In this document: piece after piece, positions 24,944-37,200 of the stretch
Layout: every line of letters starts with the position of its first letter
Numbering within the stretch: position 1 is the stretch's first letter
DNA from: Botryllus schlosseri
Taxonomy: Eukaryota
Assembly (NCBI GenBank): GCA_051294905.1
Contig: CM119383.1
Coordinates: forward strand, 4,464,001-4,528,000
Reading direction: 5' to 3'
DNA length: 64,000 nucleotides
The notes under the pieces: generated by a model
The model's input: the letters and a program-made list of their open reading frames with translations, nothing else
What the model was told of the DNA's origin: nothing
The model's database searches: none
Translations under genes and position numbers: made by a program

Positions 24944-27289
24944 GTATATATAGGTGTACTCGACCTATCTAAATATCATGCTTCGGTGAAGGAACACGGA
25001 GAAAAACATCTGAATAATATCACCAAGAATTTCCGTACCGTGAAAGACACTGCGGATAATTCACTACAAATGTCGTTCTCAAATTCCCCTAGAACGCTTC
25101 ACATATGTGAAACGCTTCGGCACAGCGTGATCAATATTTGTCTGGTCCGTGGAGACTGAAAATTTCATTGGAAATCATGCTCACGCTCTGTATATGCCGA
25201 AAATTTATCGAAGTCAAGCTGATATGCCTCTCTGTTTGTAGAGACTTGTCACTGCTAACAAATCATCATTCCACGAGCACTAAGGCTTGAGGTAAAGCGC
25301 ATCAGTGCGTGGAATCAAAATACAATGGCAGGTGATTTTACAGAATGTGCCGGTCTAACCTTGAGCATTGTACGTATACAATGAAACTATGGTGGATAAT
25401 TCGTTTATGCATTCCTAATCTTTGTAGCGCACTGTTTCGCATATATCATATGCCAGAGGTATCGTCTCAACTCAATCTAATATCGCTTATGCTGTGATAT
25501 AGATGCTTCAAAATCCATTATTTACTTTGTCTATTTATATACCACATACCAACAGTTTCAGGTCATCGTGGTAGATACGTAAGTTACTGTGTGTGGAATA
25601 GTTCCAAACTGCGTTCGGCTACAGAAAACGAAATTTGAAACGGTGGGTCGCGTGCTTTTGTAAATGCCTGACATGAATTGGATTGCATTCCAGTAACGCA
25701 ATATCCCACTTATCTGGGCAAGGATGCGTAAAGATTAGGAATTTCACCCATCTGCAAGACGATATATGAGCCCCACGACGTCAGGTACGCTCAAATTCCC
25801 GGTAAAACATACCAATTCAAAACGGCCAGCCGACGGCAAACGATGGCGATTGAAGCTTGGAAATGTTTGTGAAAACATCCACGCTAAATGAACGTCCTTC
25901 ACCTAGGCAAGCTGTGCAAACAGACCGAGGGAAAAGACCCGGCGTAGAAGCTTCCTTCAACGAGCATATATACAGTGCGTAGTGTATGCTTTACCGCATT
26001 GCGTCAACCAGCTACGGTTTTGAATCAAAATACCACGCTTACAAGGGCCTGATCTCAACTAATGATAATGATCTCGCAGATATACCGACGCCCACGTCTC
26101 AAACTAAAACTGCATCTATACACGTATTTCATAAATAGCTTAACTTCTACAGTAAATGTTTTGCTGCATATACTGAATGCACCAATTGTCCTTGCGGCTT
26201 ATACGATTTCACGAGTCTTGCAAGTCGCAATGCTGCGAGAAATATTGCGCTAAATGATTCGTGATTCATGTTAAACTTTGTCGCAGTTTAACAGATTTAT
26301 TTACTTAACCTTCCGATTAGTTGGGAGTAATCTGGCCTATCGAGTTCGCAAGTAAGCCGTACATATCAGCGCGCAACGGATCCCACGCATAGCGATGCGA
26401 ATACGATCATCATACTAATGTAGGCTAAACGCTGAGTTAACTGTTTTCGATGATGGCTCTCCATCTAGCGGTCAACTCTTTTTTATTTCAGTCGGTGTGA
26501 TACGTATTACTTTTACTGTCGTCTGCTTCACCGACTGTCCAGTGTCCACCGATCAGCGAAACGGTCCAGGGGTCCATATAATTTGTATGGAATGCAGAAA
26601 ATGTCCGTGAATATTGAATAGGCCTAGTCAAGTCGTGTACAAACGGTTATATCATCAAGTTTGTAGCATTTCTTGCCCAGCGGTACATGCAGTATAGTCC
26701 GACCATTGCACGACTAATTCTTTGGCATCTGATATAATCCGATGAACAAGTTTAATTGGTGCAAGTGTGTTTTACTGACTGTTTCGACGTATTACGGTAG
26801 CATATGTCAGCATGTCACTGTCACAGCGGTATTATCGCGTACTTACGTACAGCTAGGTTTGGATAATAGGGTAAGGGGATGTCAGGGTTTTTCGAACTGA
26901 ATTTGACATAGATGTGGTGATTTATTCGACATATTGCAATTAATATCGAATTTAATGAGTGTGTAGGAATTGTGGTGGTGGTGGCACGCCAGGCCATGTA
27001 CAATTTGAGCCGAAACAGTAAACTTATGCTACTCTATTAAACTACCAACTACACCGGATAGTTTTCACGCTGGATTGTGTCGAAATATGTTTGAACGATA
27101 TCTTGCTTGCTAAATTCGTAAATCCTCTGAGTATTATAAGAGCCACTTGGCTGCGTTAACATTTGTGATATGACTCGACTTGACAATTATCCGTTTGCAG
27201 TGGTCATGGTCATTCTTCTTTCAATATCGGTCGTTTGACAATCAACTTGCGATTGCGTAGCCTAATTTGGTAGAACTTCTTGACATCAC

Positions 27290-27524
27290 TAGGGTTACCG
27301 TATTTTGGAAACAGGAAATGAGGAAATCTTGATGTGTGGACTAAAAAAAGTCATCTTTTCGACTCCACTTCCGTATTACCCCCATTTTAACCTGTCCATT
27401 ACCCTTGCCTTCAAAACTATAAATTTTCAAAATGGAAGACATTTAAGCATCAGCGAAGGAGAATATTTCTATTTCCGGAAAAAGGAGGGCAAAGCCTTCT
27501 AAATGAGGACTTATGGTAACCCTA
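27290..27524. mobile_element. Short TIR element (TAGGGTTACC ends)
   Basis: tagggttacc...ggtaacccta; no clear TSD. Confidence 0.5.
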
Positions 27525-28057
27525 TACACGACCAACTAAACCATAGTCATATTCTTGACTAATTTGCAGCAGTAGACTAGTATATATCCAAACCATGATG
27601 TAAATATACTTCTAGCTCAGAATCTGCTCTCTGGTCGGACTCTTGGAACTGCAAGTTTAACATGCATGTTATACGTCGATGGGACCGCAGTGATGTGCGT
27701 GGTATCTCTTATTGTGTCACTTCTGTCGTGTTAATCGGGTATAGCACAGTATCAGCGCTTTCGTTGTAGATACCTGATTAGCATTTCTTTGTCAGATTTC
27801 AATGTGCGTTATGGACGGGAAAATGAATGTTTCGTCACTCGGGACAAGTAGGTTTTGATTCTACATTCTTTTAATCGCAGTACAAATGTCAATGCAACGA
27901 ATGGTATGAATTCGGTCTAATTTATTCCCAATTTGGTATAACCTTTGATCAGGGGGCTCGTTGTAGAAGGATTGTATGGCTTATATGCTCCACACTCCTT
28001 AGTCCTCCGCCTATAGACATTGGCAATATTATATTGGTGTTCTGTTTCGGTTATGAT

Positions 28058-28917
28058 TATGGCAGTTTTTTTACCTAAAAAAGGAAAATTTTGACCTAAA
28101 ATATCAAAATTTTGACTTTTTTGACCTAAACAAACTGAATTTGGACCAAATATTGACCTAACGTATGCAAATCAGGTGTTTTCCAACATAATGTTAAATT
28201 TTACCATTTATCTTCATTTCTGGTTGGAACTGACTGTCCTAACGAAGTAGTATGGCCTGAAAAAGCGTTTTTGGCTTAGAAACAAGCAACTTTTTTACAC
28301 GAAAAACCAATATTTTAACGAAATCTGGCCCTATGAAGAATTCCAGTGGTTACAATATGTATTATGGTAGAAATAATTAAAAATATTTGTAGTACAACGA
28401 AAGATACTGTCCTATATTCTTGGGTAGAAGGTGCATGTCCTTACTAAGAAGCTTGCCAAGGATGTTCAACAGCAGCAGTTGTTGGCTGACAACACTTAAG
28501 TTGTGCGTACACTGCTGGTGACAAACCGTGTTGCTTCATTCTGACAATGTTGTCTACATCACAATTTTTCATCAGGCACTTCTTAATATAAGAATGATGC
28601 AATGCGCAAGAAGTCTCTCTTCAGGTAGGATATTGAGGTACGTTCACCATGTTTACCTACTTGTTTTATTTGACCGTTTATGATTCACAATGAGTAGACA
28701 ATTAGCCGTTTACAACGGTAGGCCTATAAAATAGGCTACAAGCTGTAAAATAACAAATGATAAGTTCACCGACAGTGCAAAATCTACGATACAAACGAAA
28801 TGCAGACGTCAAAAAAAATTTGACTTCAAGAAAAATTTTGACAAATTTTGACCTAACGCTACAATTTTGACAACATTTTGACCAATTTTGACATTTTGTC
28901 AAAAATAAAACGCCCTA
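28058..28917 (-). mobile_element. Deleted hAT-like DNA transposon retaining a transposase C-terminal remnant, copy 1
   Basis: Collinear with 33526-34383 along its length; ends in aaaacgcccta. Left boundary approximate. Confidence 0.65.
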
Positions 28918-29297
28918 GGTATTATGTATAGATGACACACCGGTATAGATATAACGGTACGTCGTGATATGCCTTTCATTTGTCAGAAACGTAATCTTTG
29001 TTTTATGTATACATAGAATTCAAAGAAAGAGACAATCTCTTCCGATGCAAATTGCACATTCCGATAAGTCGTTTTGGTCTGTCGTCACCCAATAAGCTTA
29101 GCGATGAATAAATATCTTTTATCGGTGAATTATATCATGATGTCACACGTAGCTTATGTTAGCATATTCCTAATCTGACCTAACGACCCTATCCCAGGTT
29201 CCCCCAAGGGGCAGTGTTTGGGGCTTTACTTTTTGCACAAACTCTTTAATCCTACCGACATTACAGACAATATATGAAAATTTCTACGTCGTCCACG

Positions 29298-29741
29298 TGG
29301 GGTTGCATTTAAAACAACGGTGTTTTAGAGCACTTTGTTCAAAGCATGTTTTAAACAGTGTTTAAAAAAGCTTTAAAAAAACAAAATTGTGTTCTCTTTA
29401 GTTTTAAAATTATGCCATAATTGTGTAAATATTTCCTAAAAAGCATGTTGTATGAGCCTACGGACAATTACCAACCAATATAGCGTACGTGTATCGACAT
29501 GGGATGGTTGGAAACTTCAAAATAGTCGGTGCAACAATAATAGTAAATATATTTTGTCATAGGAGCTATATTTACCCTATATTTTCAATTTTCGATATCA
29601 ATCCACTCTGAAGTCACAGTTGAATATTCGTGACGTCACGGCTTAAAGAAAACATGAAAAACAATAAAAACATGTTTTAAATTAGGGCCTTGTTTTATAC
29701 ATGTTTGTTTGAAATTGATCTTTGTTTTAAATGCAACCCTA
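29298..29741. mobile_element. hAT MITE (TAGGGTTGCATTT TIR family)
   Basis: TIR tggggttgcattt / aaatgcaacccta; TSD cgtccacg/cgcccacg (7/8). Related copies at 36773-37040 and 59946-60332. Confidence 0.75.
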
Positions 29742-31223
29742 CGCCCACGCGTCTTCATAAGATATTCAAGAACTGCTATTCAGACATTAATGCGGTCCGA
29801 AATGAATCAACATCCTAATTAAGAGAGAATCTAGCTCCTGTCCACCTGCTCAATGTGGACATTAATGGGTCCTTTGCAACCAAGCAAGGTTACAAAATAT
29901 CTTGTGTTACTTGTGCTTTCAAATATCGCGCTATCATATTATTATTATAAATGCAGCTTTTGTGTATTGCTTACCGTATTAATCGTTTCCCATAGTGTCA
30001 ACAATATTAACTGTTGAGGGATATACACGCACCACTAACCGCAATACACATGTCCAATATACAACCGCGGTGGAGTCCATTACGATACGTGTGAAACTCA
30101 ACTCCTTTGAACCAGCGAAACTTCAGCCAGCTATATCGCAAGTAATTGCTCGGCTGCGGTACGCGGGTTAAATAGCCCAACGCTGCGATCGTATCGCGAA
30201 ACGTCAGTTCTGACCAACAGCTGTGCCTGTTGATATTATCCTCGCAATCGCTTACGATTCAAATATCCGTATCAACGGAATTGTGGCTATGTATTACGGT
30301 AACTATATGGTAAATTGCATGCAAATTATTAAGGGATTAGTAAGCTGTACTGCGCATTCGCCGTCATGTCGGTACCATTCCCTTTTACTTAGTGGTATGG
30401 TATTTCCGAATTGAGTTGAGCATGAGCTGAGCACATCTCTACGCGGGTTATGTCATGTCTCCGCATCCACGCTAGAAGGTGTCAACTGTCAAAGTTATCT
30501 CCTTGAGAAATACCATTGCACAGCGTACTGAGGCTTAGCAGTTATCGCAAGGTGATAATTCGTGACTGCAACGAAAAGGAAGTACGGAATAGACTTAGCT
30601 GAGGCGCACTAGAACTATATCTCGTTATCAATCAGGTAATACCGAGGAAGATCGCAAAATGTTAGTTGATTCGATAGCCCCGTGTGATTGATGCAGACCT
30701 TGTACCCAACTTTCCTAAGCTGTCGCACAATTTTAATGTCACCAAGTTACGATAGTAATATGCAGTTCAAGATGAATGTGCGTTCTGTATACTCTGCAGT
30801 GTATGAAGACTAATCAACTCCTATAGTGTATCGCTCACGTATCTCAAGAATGCAATAGCAGATTGGGTCTAAAGCTGTAAGAAGTACTGGATTATCACGC
30901 GATAGCCCAATGTAGGAATTGGTAGCGTAACTGGAATAATCGATGTAGCGGTGATAGCAAATTTTAATAGCTGTTTATCTGTAGTCCGTGTATTTTATTA
31001 ATAATTGAATGATTAATAATGCACTTTCAGTTTGAAAAGATTGTCGACATATAGTCAGCACGTAAAGAGTTAATTGTGCTCTCTAGGGACTTGAGCTATT
31101 TTAAGAAAACTGACATAGGCCAAGCTCCAACGCTGTCGCTTGAGGTCGAGTCTTATTAGCTTATAGTAGCCCGCGAACCGGGAAACTCGTTGAACACAAA
31201 AGCTTGGTACATTTGCAGCGTCG

Positions 31224-31233
31224 CTATAAATAA
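31224..31233 (+). promoter_or_regulatory. Candidate TATA box overlapping a MEF2 consensus site, upstream of the myomesin-like gene
   Basis: CTATAAATAA matches YTA(A/T)4TAR and TATAWAW; it lies 40 nt upstream of the candidate ATG at 31273. Confidence 0.45.
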
Positions 31234-31272
31234 GTTGGATAAAGCTGAGCCGCTAGTCTCGGACGAGGGGAT

Positions 31273-34200
31273 ATGCCAGTCCGATACGCGCCAAGTGGAG
31301 ACCATCATGACCGGGACGACTATTCCTTTTACATTCGAGATCACGGATCTAGGAACTTTGCAAGGTCTCGAAGGTGATAACATTGATATACCTTATATCC
31401 CGGACGGTATCCTTTATATAATATTCATCTAGTTGATAATGGTAGGCTAAATATGTGGTGTTATTCTATAGAATCATGCACTGCATATAATGTTAGAAGA
31501 CAAATATCCTGCGGGGGTAAGTCAGACGTGTATTCGACAGGACTATGGAAACAACTGGTCCAAGTCATAATTCTAGTTCTAGTATTTAGCGGATTCATAC
31601 GTAGACTGCGTTGACGACAGGCGTAATATTCTGTCTTCCGCTGTAGGTTTGTGGAAGAAGATGGTGGCGAAGAAAGCAGAACAATGTCGCTTGTGAGCAA
31701 TCCTCTTCAGGTGCCAATAGTCGGTAGACGGAGCGTTTCCCCCGCCAGGGGACAACCGGTAAAGTATACAGCCATTGGTCATGCTAATACATCAATTGAT
31801 ATGTTTTACCTTAGATAGGCATACCCGAGGCCTCGCTACGTTGCTGATCCCTGTAAACTATCGATGTGTGTGTCTTTTATGCTCGTAAAAGTATGCGATT
31901 CATCAACCGACTCTACTTTTTAAACTATATACTTGAGTACATGTCTGGCCTTCCGTTTCCCATGTACACCGGAAATAGTTTTGGCACAACTTGGAAACTG
32001 TTACATTACTTCTCCTTGAGTACAGGAAAGCTGACTACTTGGACTCACTTTGGGTAATTCATGTCTTGCTTTATAGAGTCCTCACCGACAGTATGAAGTT
32101 GACGACAGAGATCACGATTGGGAAGACCATCAGGTCAGGCGACGTCCCCAAGGACGCCCACGGAGCATGCATACAACAGTGAAGTGAGTATTTTCCGTCA
32201 ATTAAAAGTTAGCAGCCTAACGGAACAAACATTCTAAAACATCCGCTTCTTGGTATGATAATGTATTATGGAAGTAGAAGATAAATTGGTTTTGCATATG
32301 GTCGATTTCAGTGTTTTTTCCTTTGTCAACCAGAGAACGGGGTTACCCGTACGTTTACGACGATTTCCCTCTGCAACCGTTAGTGCCCACTTATCAACCT
32401 CGCAGAAATTACGCGCTCTACGCTGAGAGGCATCACGGTAACCGGTCTCCTGATGGAAGGGGTGCGGATTATTACCAGGAACCGGACACGCATCAGGTAT
32501 ATGGCAACCTCGTCCGATATTGCTTATAACTACCGAGCGTATTTCGGCACCGTAAGAAATATGGAATGGGAATGGAATGAAATGGGATACCGAACCGGCT
32601 CAATACTAGCGTGAAGTAAATATCTGACGGAGTATCCGTATCTTATGTCCCTTTAACCAGCTGTATCCTACACAAGTCTCATATTCGTCCATCACGACGC
32701 CTCACTCACGCTCTAACACCATCGCTTCATTTTTCTTCATTACCAATCTATCATTCAGTCCCAAGTGAGTTGAGAAATATTCAAATTATATAATGATTTC
32801 AGCGTTATCTAGTAGCCATGATGTACCAATGCGTATGTACACGTAATTAAGGATTGTATTTATACATGGATCATCAGAGAAAATATATATGATCGACGAT
32901 CTTTATAGTAACCACACGCAATGGGCCACGCTAAGAGTGTTCTAAGTATTCAGCGTTGCTGTTCAAGTATAAGTTGAGCTCAGAGCGTAAAGTTTTACTC
33001 AATTTCTACAAGTAGAAGTAGCAATTTACAAAACATGCCAAAACCACTTCAAATATAAGTTTTGACAGTTAATAAGAGGTCTCCACTCGAGATTGGAAGA
33101 TGCATCCTCTAGGCCAGTGGTTCTCAAACTGTGGTACGCGTACCACTAGGGATAAGCGGGAGCTTTTCACGTGGTACGCGAGAAGAGTGCCGTGAGTAAT
33201 GTCATACCTCAGATTGGCGAGCTTCTGCATAAGAAACAGTTGCAACTATTTCATTAAATGGTGTTTTCTTGCTTTCAATTGGTGTTGCGGTATAGTGCTA
33301 ACAAGAATGACCATTAAATACCGGTACATTCAAGTCACATAAGTAATTCGGGTGGTACGCCGTGTAGTGAAAAACAAATTAGTGGTACGCGATGGGAAAA
33401 GTTTGAGAAGCACTGTTCCAGTGTCACTAAAATATTTACAGTCGTCCGGAAAATACATTTGGGAGTAACCGCGATGGCTTTTCACGCGATTCCTATGACG
33501 ATTTGTCACATAAAATTGATTATAATAGGCGATTTTTTGACCTAAAACACGGAAGATTTTGACCTAAAAAAATCAAAATCTTGACATTATTTTACCTTGA
33601 AAAACTAAATTTTGACCAAATGGTGACCTAACGTATGCAAATTGGTTTTTTTTCCCCACATAATGTTAAAATTGAACTACTTATCTTCATTTCTGGTTGG
33701 AACAGAAGTAGTTTGCGCTGACAAAAACGTTTTTGACTTGAAGACTGACAAATTTTTACAAGGAAAAACTTTATTTAAACGAAATCTGACTCTATGGATA
33801 ATTCCAGTACGTCACTTATTATGGTAAAAAATTTAAATTTGTTGTAGTAGAACGAATGATATTTTCCTACATTCTCGGGTAGAAAGTGTATGTCCTTGTT
33901 AAGTAACTTGCCAAGAATAGAGAAAGAAGGTTCAACAACAACAGTTGTTGGCAGACAACACTGAAGTGGTGTGTACACTGCTGGTGAAACACCTTTTTGC
34001 TTCATTCTGACAATGTTGTCCACATCACAATTTTTCATCGTGCGCATCTTGAGATAAGAACCAAGCAATGCCCAAGCAGTCTTGCTTCGGTTAAGTCGTT
34101 AAGATATTTCGGTACGTTGACCGTAACACCATGTCGACCGATTTTTTTCATTTGACCGTTTATGATTCACAATGAGCAGACAATGGGCCGTCTACAATGG

Positions 34201-37200
34201 TAGGCCTATAAAGTAGGCCACAATCTGTAAAATATCAAATGATAAGTTCACCGACCGTGCAAAATCTACGATACAAACGAAATGCAGGGGTAAAAACATT
34301 TTTGACTTTGCAAACAATTTTGACAATTTTTTGATCTAATGCTTCAATTTTGGCCTATTTTGACAAGTCAAAAAATCGCCCTGATGATAACGCATCCTTC
34401 AACTATTTTTTACATTGCACAATTCAAAGCGTAAGAAGTATATAGTTTTGCTTGCCACAATAATGATCAAGTAGAAGTGGATGTTGGCTGAAATCATACC
34501 GACTTGAATGAGTAGTTCAAGTAAACAAAGACTACTTTGGCTCCCCGACAAAGTAGGGAGCATTTCGTAACTGACCATCTCTGGCTATACGCATACTTTG
34601 GTTACCAAATTCGGCTGTACAGAAATGTTACCTCAAATTCTATCCTTCAGCGCCGAACGTACGACGACCGACAAGTCGTACGAGACGAGAGACGGCGCAC
34701 GCGCAACGAAGACGAGATGTACTACGATGAGGAGGAATACGACGAAAGATCGCAGCAACCACCACAGCAACACCACCGCCACCGCAGACATCAGCAACAA
34801 GATAACGAACTTCAATCGATTCTCAACTGGCGTAAGCGCCCGCAGGAACCGCTGGTGCATACTGATTTCGGATATGAAGTGCCACCGATTAGAAGGTACA
34901 TGACGTAGGTTTACTTGAACTTTTTATCAGAGGAGATCAACGTAGTCAGCGTTGCTACTTGTGTAGGAATTTTTACTTAATTACAAGTAGAAGTAGTGAT
35001 TTCCGAACATGTCAAAAGTACTATAGATTCAATTATAAGATATAGGCCAGTAGAATTCTCAAGAAGTTTCAAAAGGTCAACATGGTCGAGAGGTCTCCTA
35101 CTTTTTGCAGTAAATCGGACGTGGCGATCTCCGACGATGCGACATCAAACGCTACTAACGCAAAATAAATGGATAACAATACAAAAATGAGCGTTCTTCA
35201 AAAATATATTCAGTTGCCGTGATACAGGGTCTATTTCACTCGGCTCTCATGGAAATTTCAGTCGATAAACTGATGCTCACTTTACTGTTAACTACTTTAT
35301 ACTTATAGTTTTCAAAGTCTAGTAAATAGTCTTGCAAAAAGAAGCGTTTAGTAGAAGAGAAGTCGTCTAAAGACACTTGAGTAAGCAGTACTATAAGGGT
35401 TGCAAACATGTTTAAAACATGGCGTCACGAATCCTTATTTGCGACGTCACAGTGGACTGTCATCGACAATTGAAAATATGGGTAAATGTGGTTCCTTCGG
35501 CGTAAAGGGATTCCGACCACTTTCATAAACAGGCCCAAAATATCTCTAACCAGGACTACATCGTTATGCGGCATTTTTACGGTCGGCAGTCATCAGCATC
35601 AGAACACCGATTTCGTACGAATTACCTTTATATATTTCTTTGAAAAACTGTGTAAAATATGGTTTTAACGAAGTGTTTTAAAACACCATTTGTTTTAAAT
35701 ACAACTATAAGTACTAGTAAGCAAACTTTTTTTGAGTACTGCAAAAACATAGTAGTCTTGACGAAATTGGTGGTTGACCCGTGTTATCGGCGTGAAAAGT
35801 ATATATAGCAAATAGCAACGCATTTTACAACTTTGATATTCATTTGATGCAGGCGTGCCGACCCGTCTCTGCAAGATGTCGACGATAGCTACGGCGCAGT
35901 CACCGGATACGTCGCAAAGAGACGGCAATTCGCTGTGGAGAACGACAATGACATGCAGTACTACCGAAATCCGAATTATCAGTGAGTCTCTGTAAATACA
36001 GTACATGGGTGAAAGATATGTACGTTTACCACAGAGTTCAAAAGTGGTATAGGGTGAAAATGATGTCATCGTAAATTTCTGGTGCCGAATTTGATGGTGC
36101 CAAACTCATTCGTACGGATGAATACGAGTTAAATTCACCAATCCTCATGGAGTTATATCCCATAAGGGTGCATGTACTTAGATCTGTTCACGTGCAACTG
36201 CTTTTTACAATTTCTTCCTCCAACCCTGAGGTATTTGTCATTGTCGTATATTACTTGTTGTCATTATTTTCACCAGTTTGAAGGGGTATGACAGCAGTTG
36301 TCTATGTTGTACTAGAATTTGCAATTCTGCAGTTGCCGGATTTTCACCATGGAAACCAGCTAACACACGATTTTCGTTTACATTGAAGTTGTGCGACAAT
36401 GATGAAAGTTGAGTGTGTAGCGTTGAATCTTTCCGTGAACTCAATTAATGCATGGACTAACGACAATGTGTGCTTAAACTAGAGAATGATCGGTAATCTT
36501 GCAAACTGTCTATCGACACTCATAATCGTAATCATTGATCAATCATCGTGTTGGTATTTTTTAGATTGAATGGAATGATTTGCTGCATTTTCAGATACAG
36601 AATGCATGGTATGGACAGACCTCTAGTAACTGATAAGGATGTGGAGGATAGCATGGAGAGGAGCAAACTGGACAGAGCGCCGATGTTTGAAATGAAAATC
36701 CGGTCTCATGTCGTATGGGAAAAGGTATTCGTATGTGAAACCCGTTTGATACTTACAGGCATGGCTCGGGAATAGGGTTGCATTTATAACAAAAATATAT
36801 TTAAAACAAACATGTTTACAACAAACCCCTTGTTTACAACATATTTTTTATTGTTTTTTCAAGCCATCACGTCACGAATATCCAATTGTGACGTCATAGT
36901 CGATTGACATTGACAATTGAAAATACAATGTAAATATAGCTCCTTTGTCGAATTATCTACGTACTATAGCTGTTGAAACGACTATTTCGAGGATTCTATC
37001 CATTCCATATTGCATACGTCGGCGTCGGTATACAACCCTATAGTCGAGAACCTATGACTCGCGAGCAATAAATGCCACTTTTGATGATGTGATGTGGATC
37101 TCTAATAAATGTTTAATTTGGCACTTACTTCGCATCTTACTTATCAATATTGCTGTTGGGTTTTTGTAAATTTTCACAACATGATTTTTCGAACAATAAC

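Noticed and set aside
31190-31432. 80-aa plus-strand ORF ending near a perfect U12-type donor GTATCCTTT (31407)
   Set aside because: No U12 branch site (TCCTTRAC) downstream, and this frame does not connect to the myomesin exons. One such 9-mer is expected by chance in a window this size.
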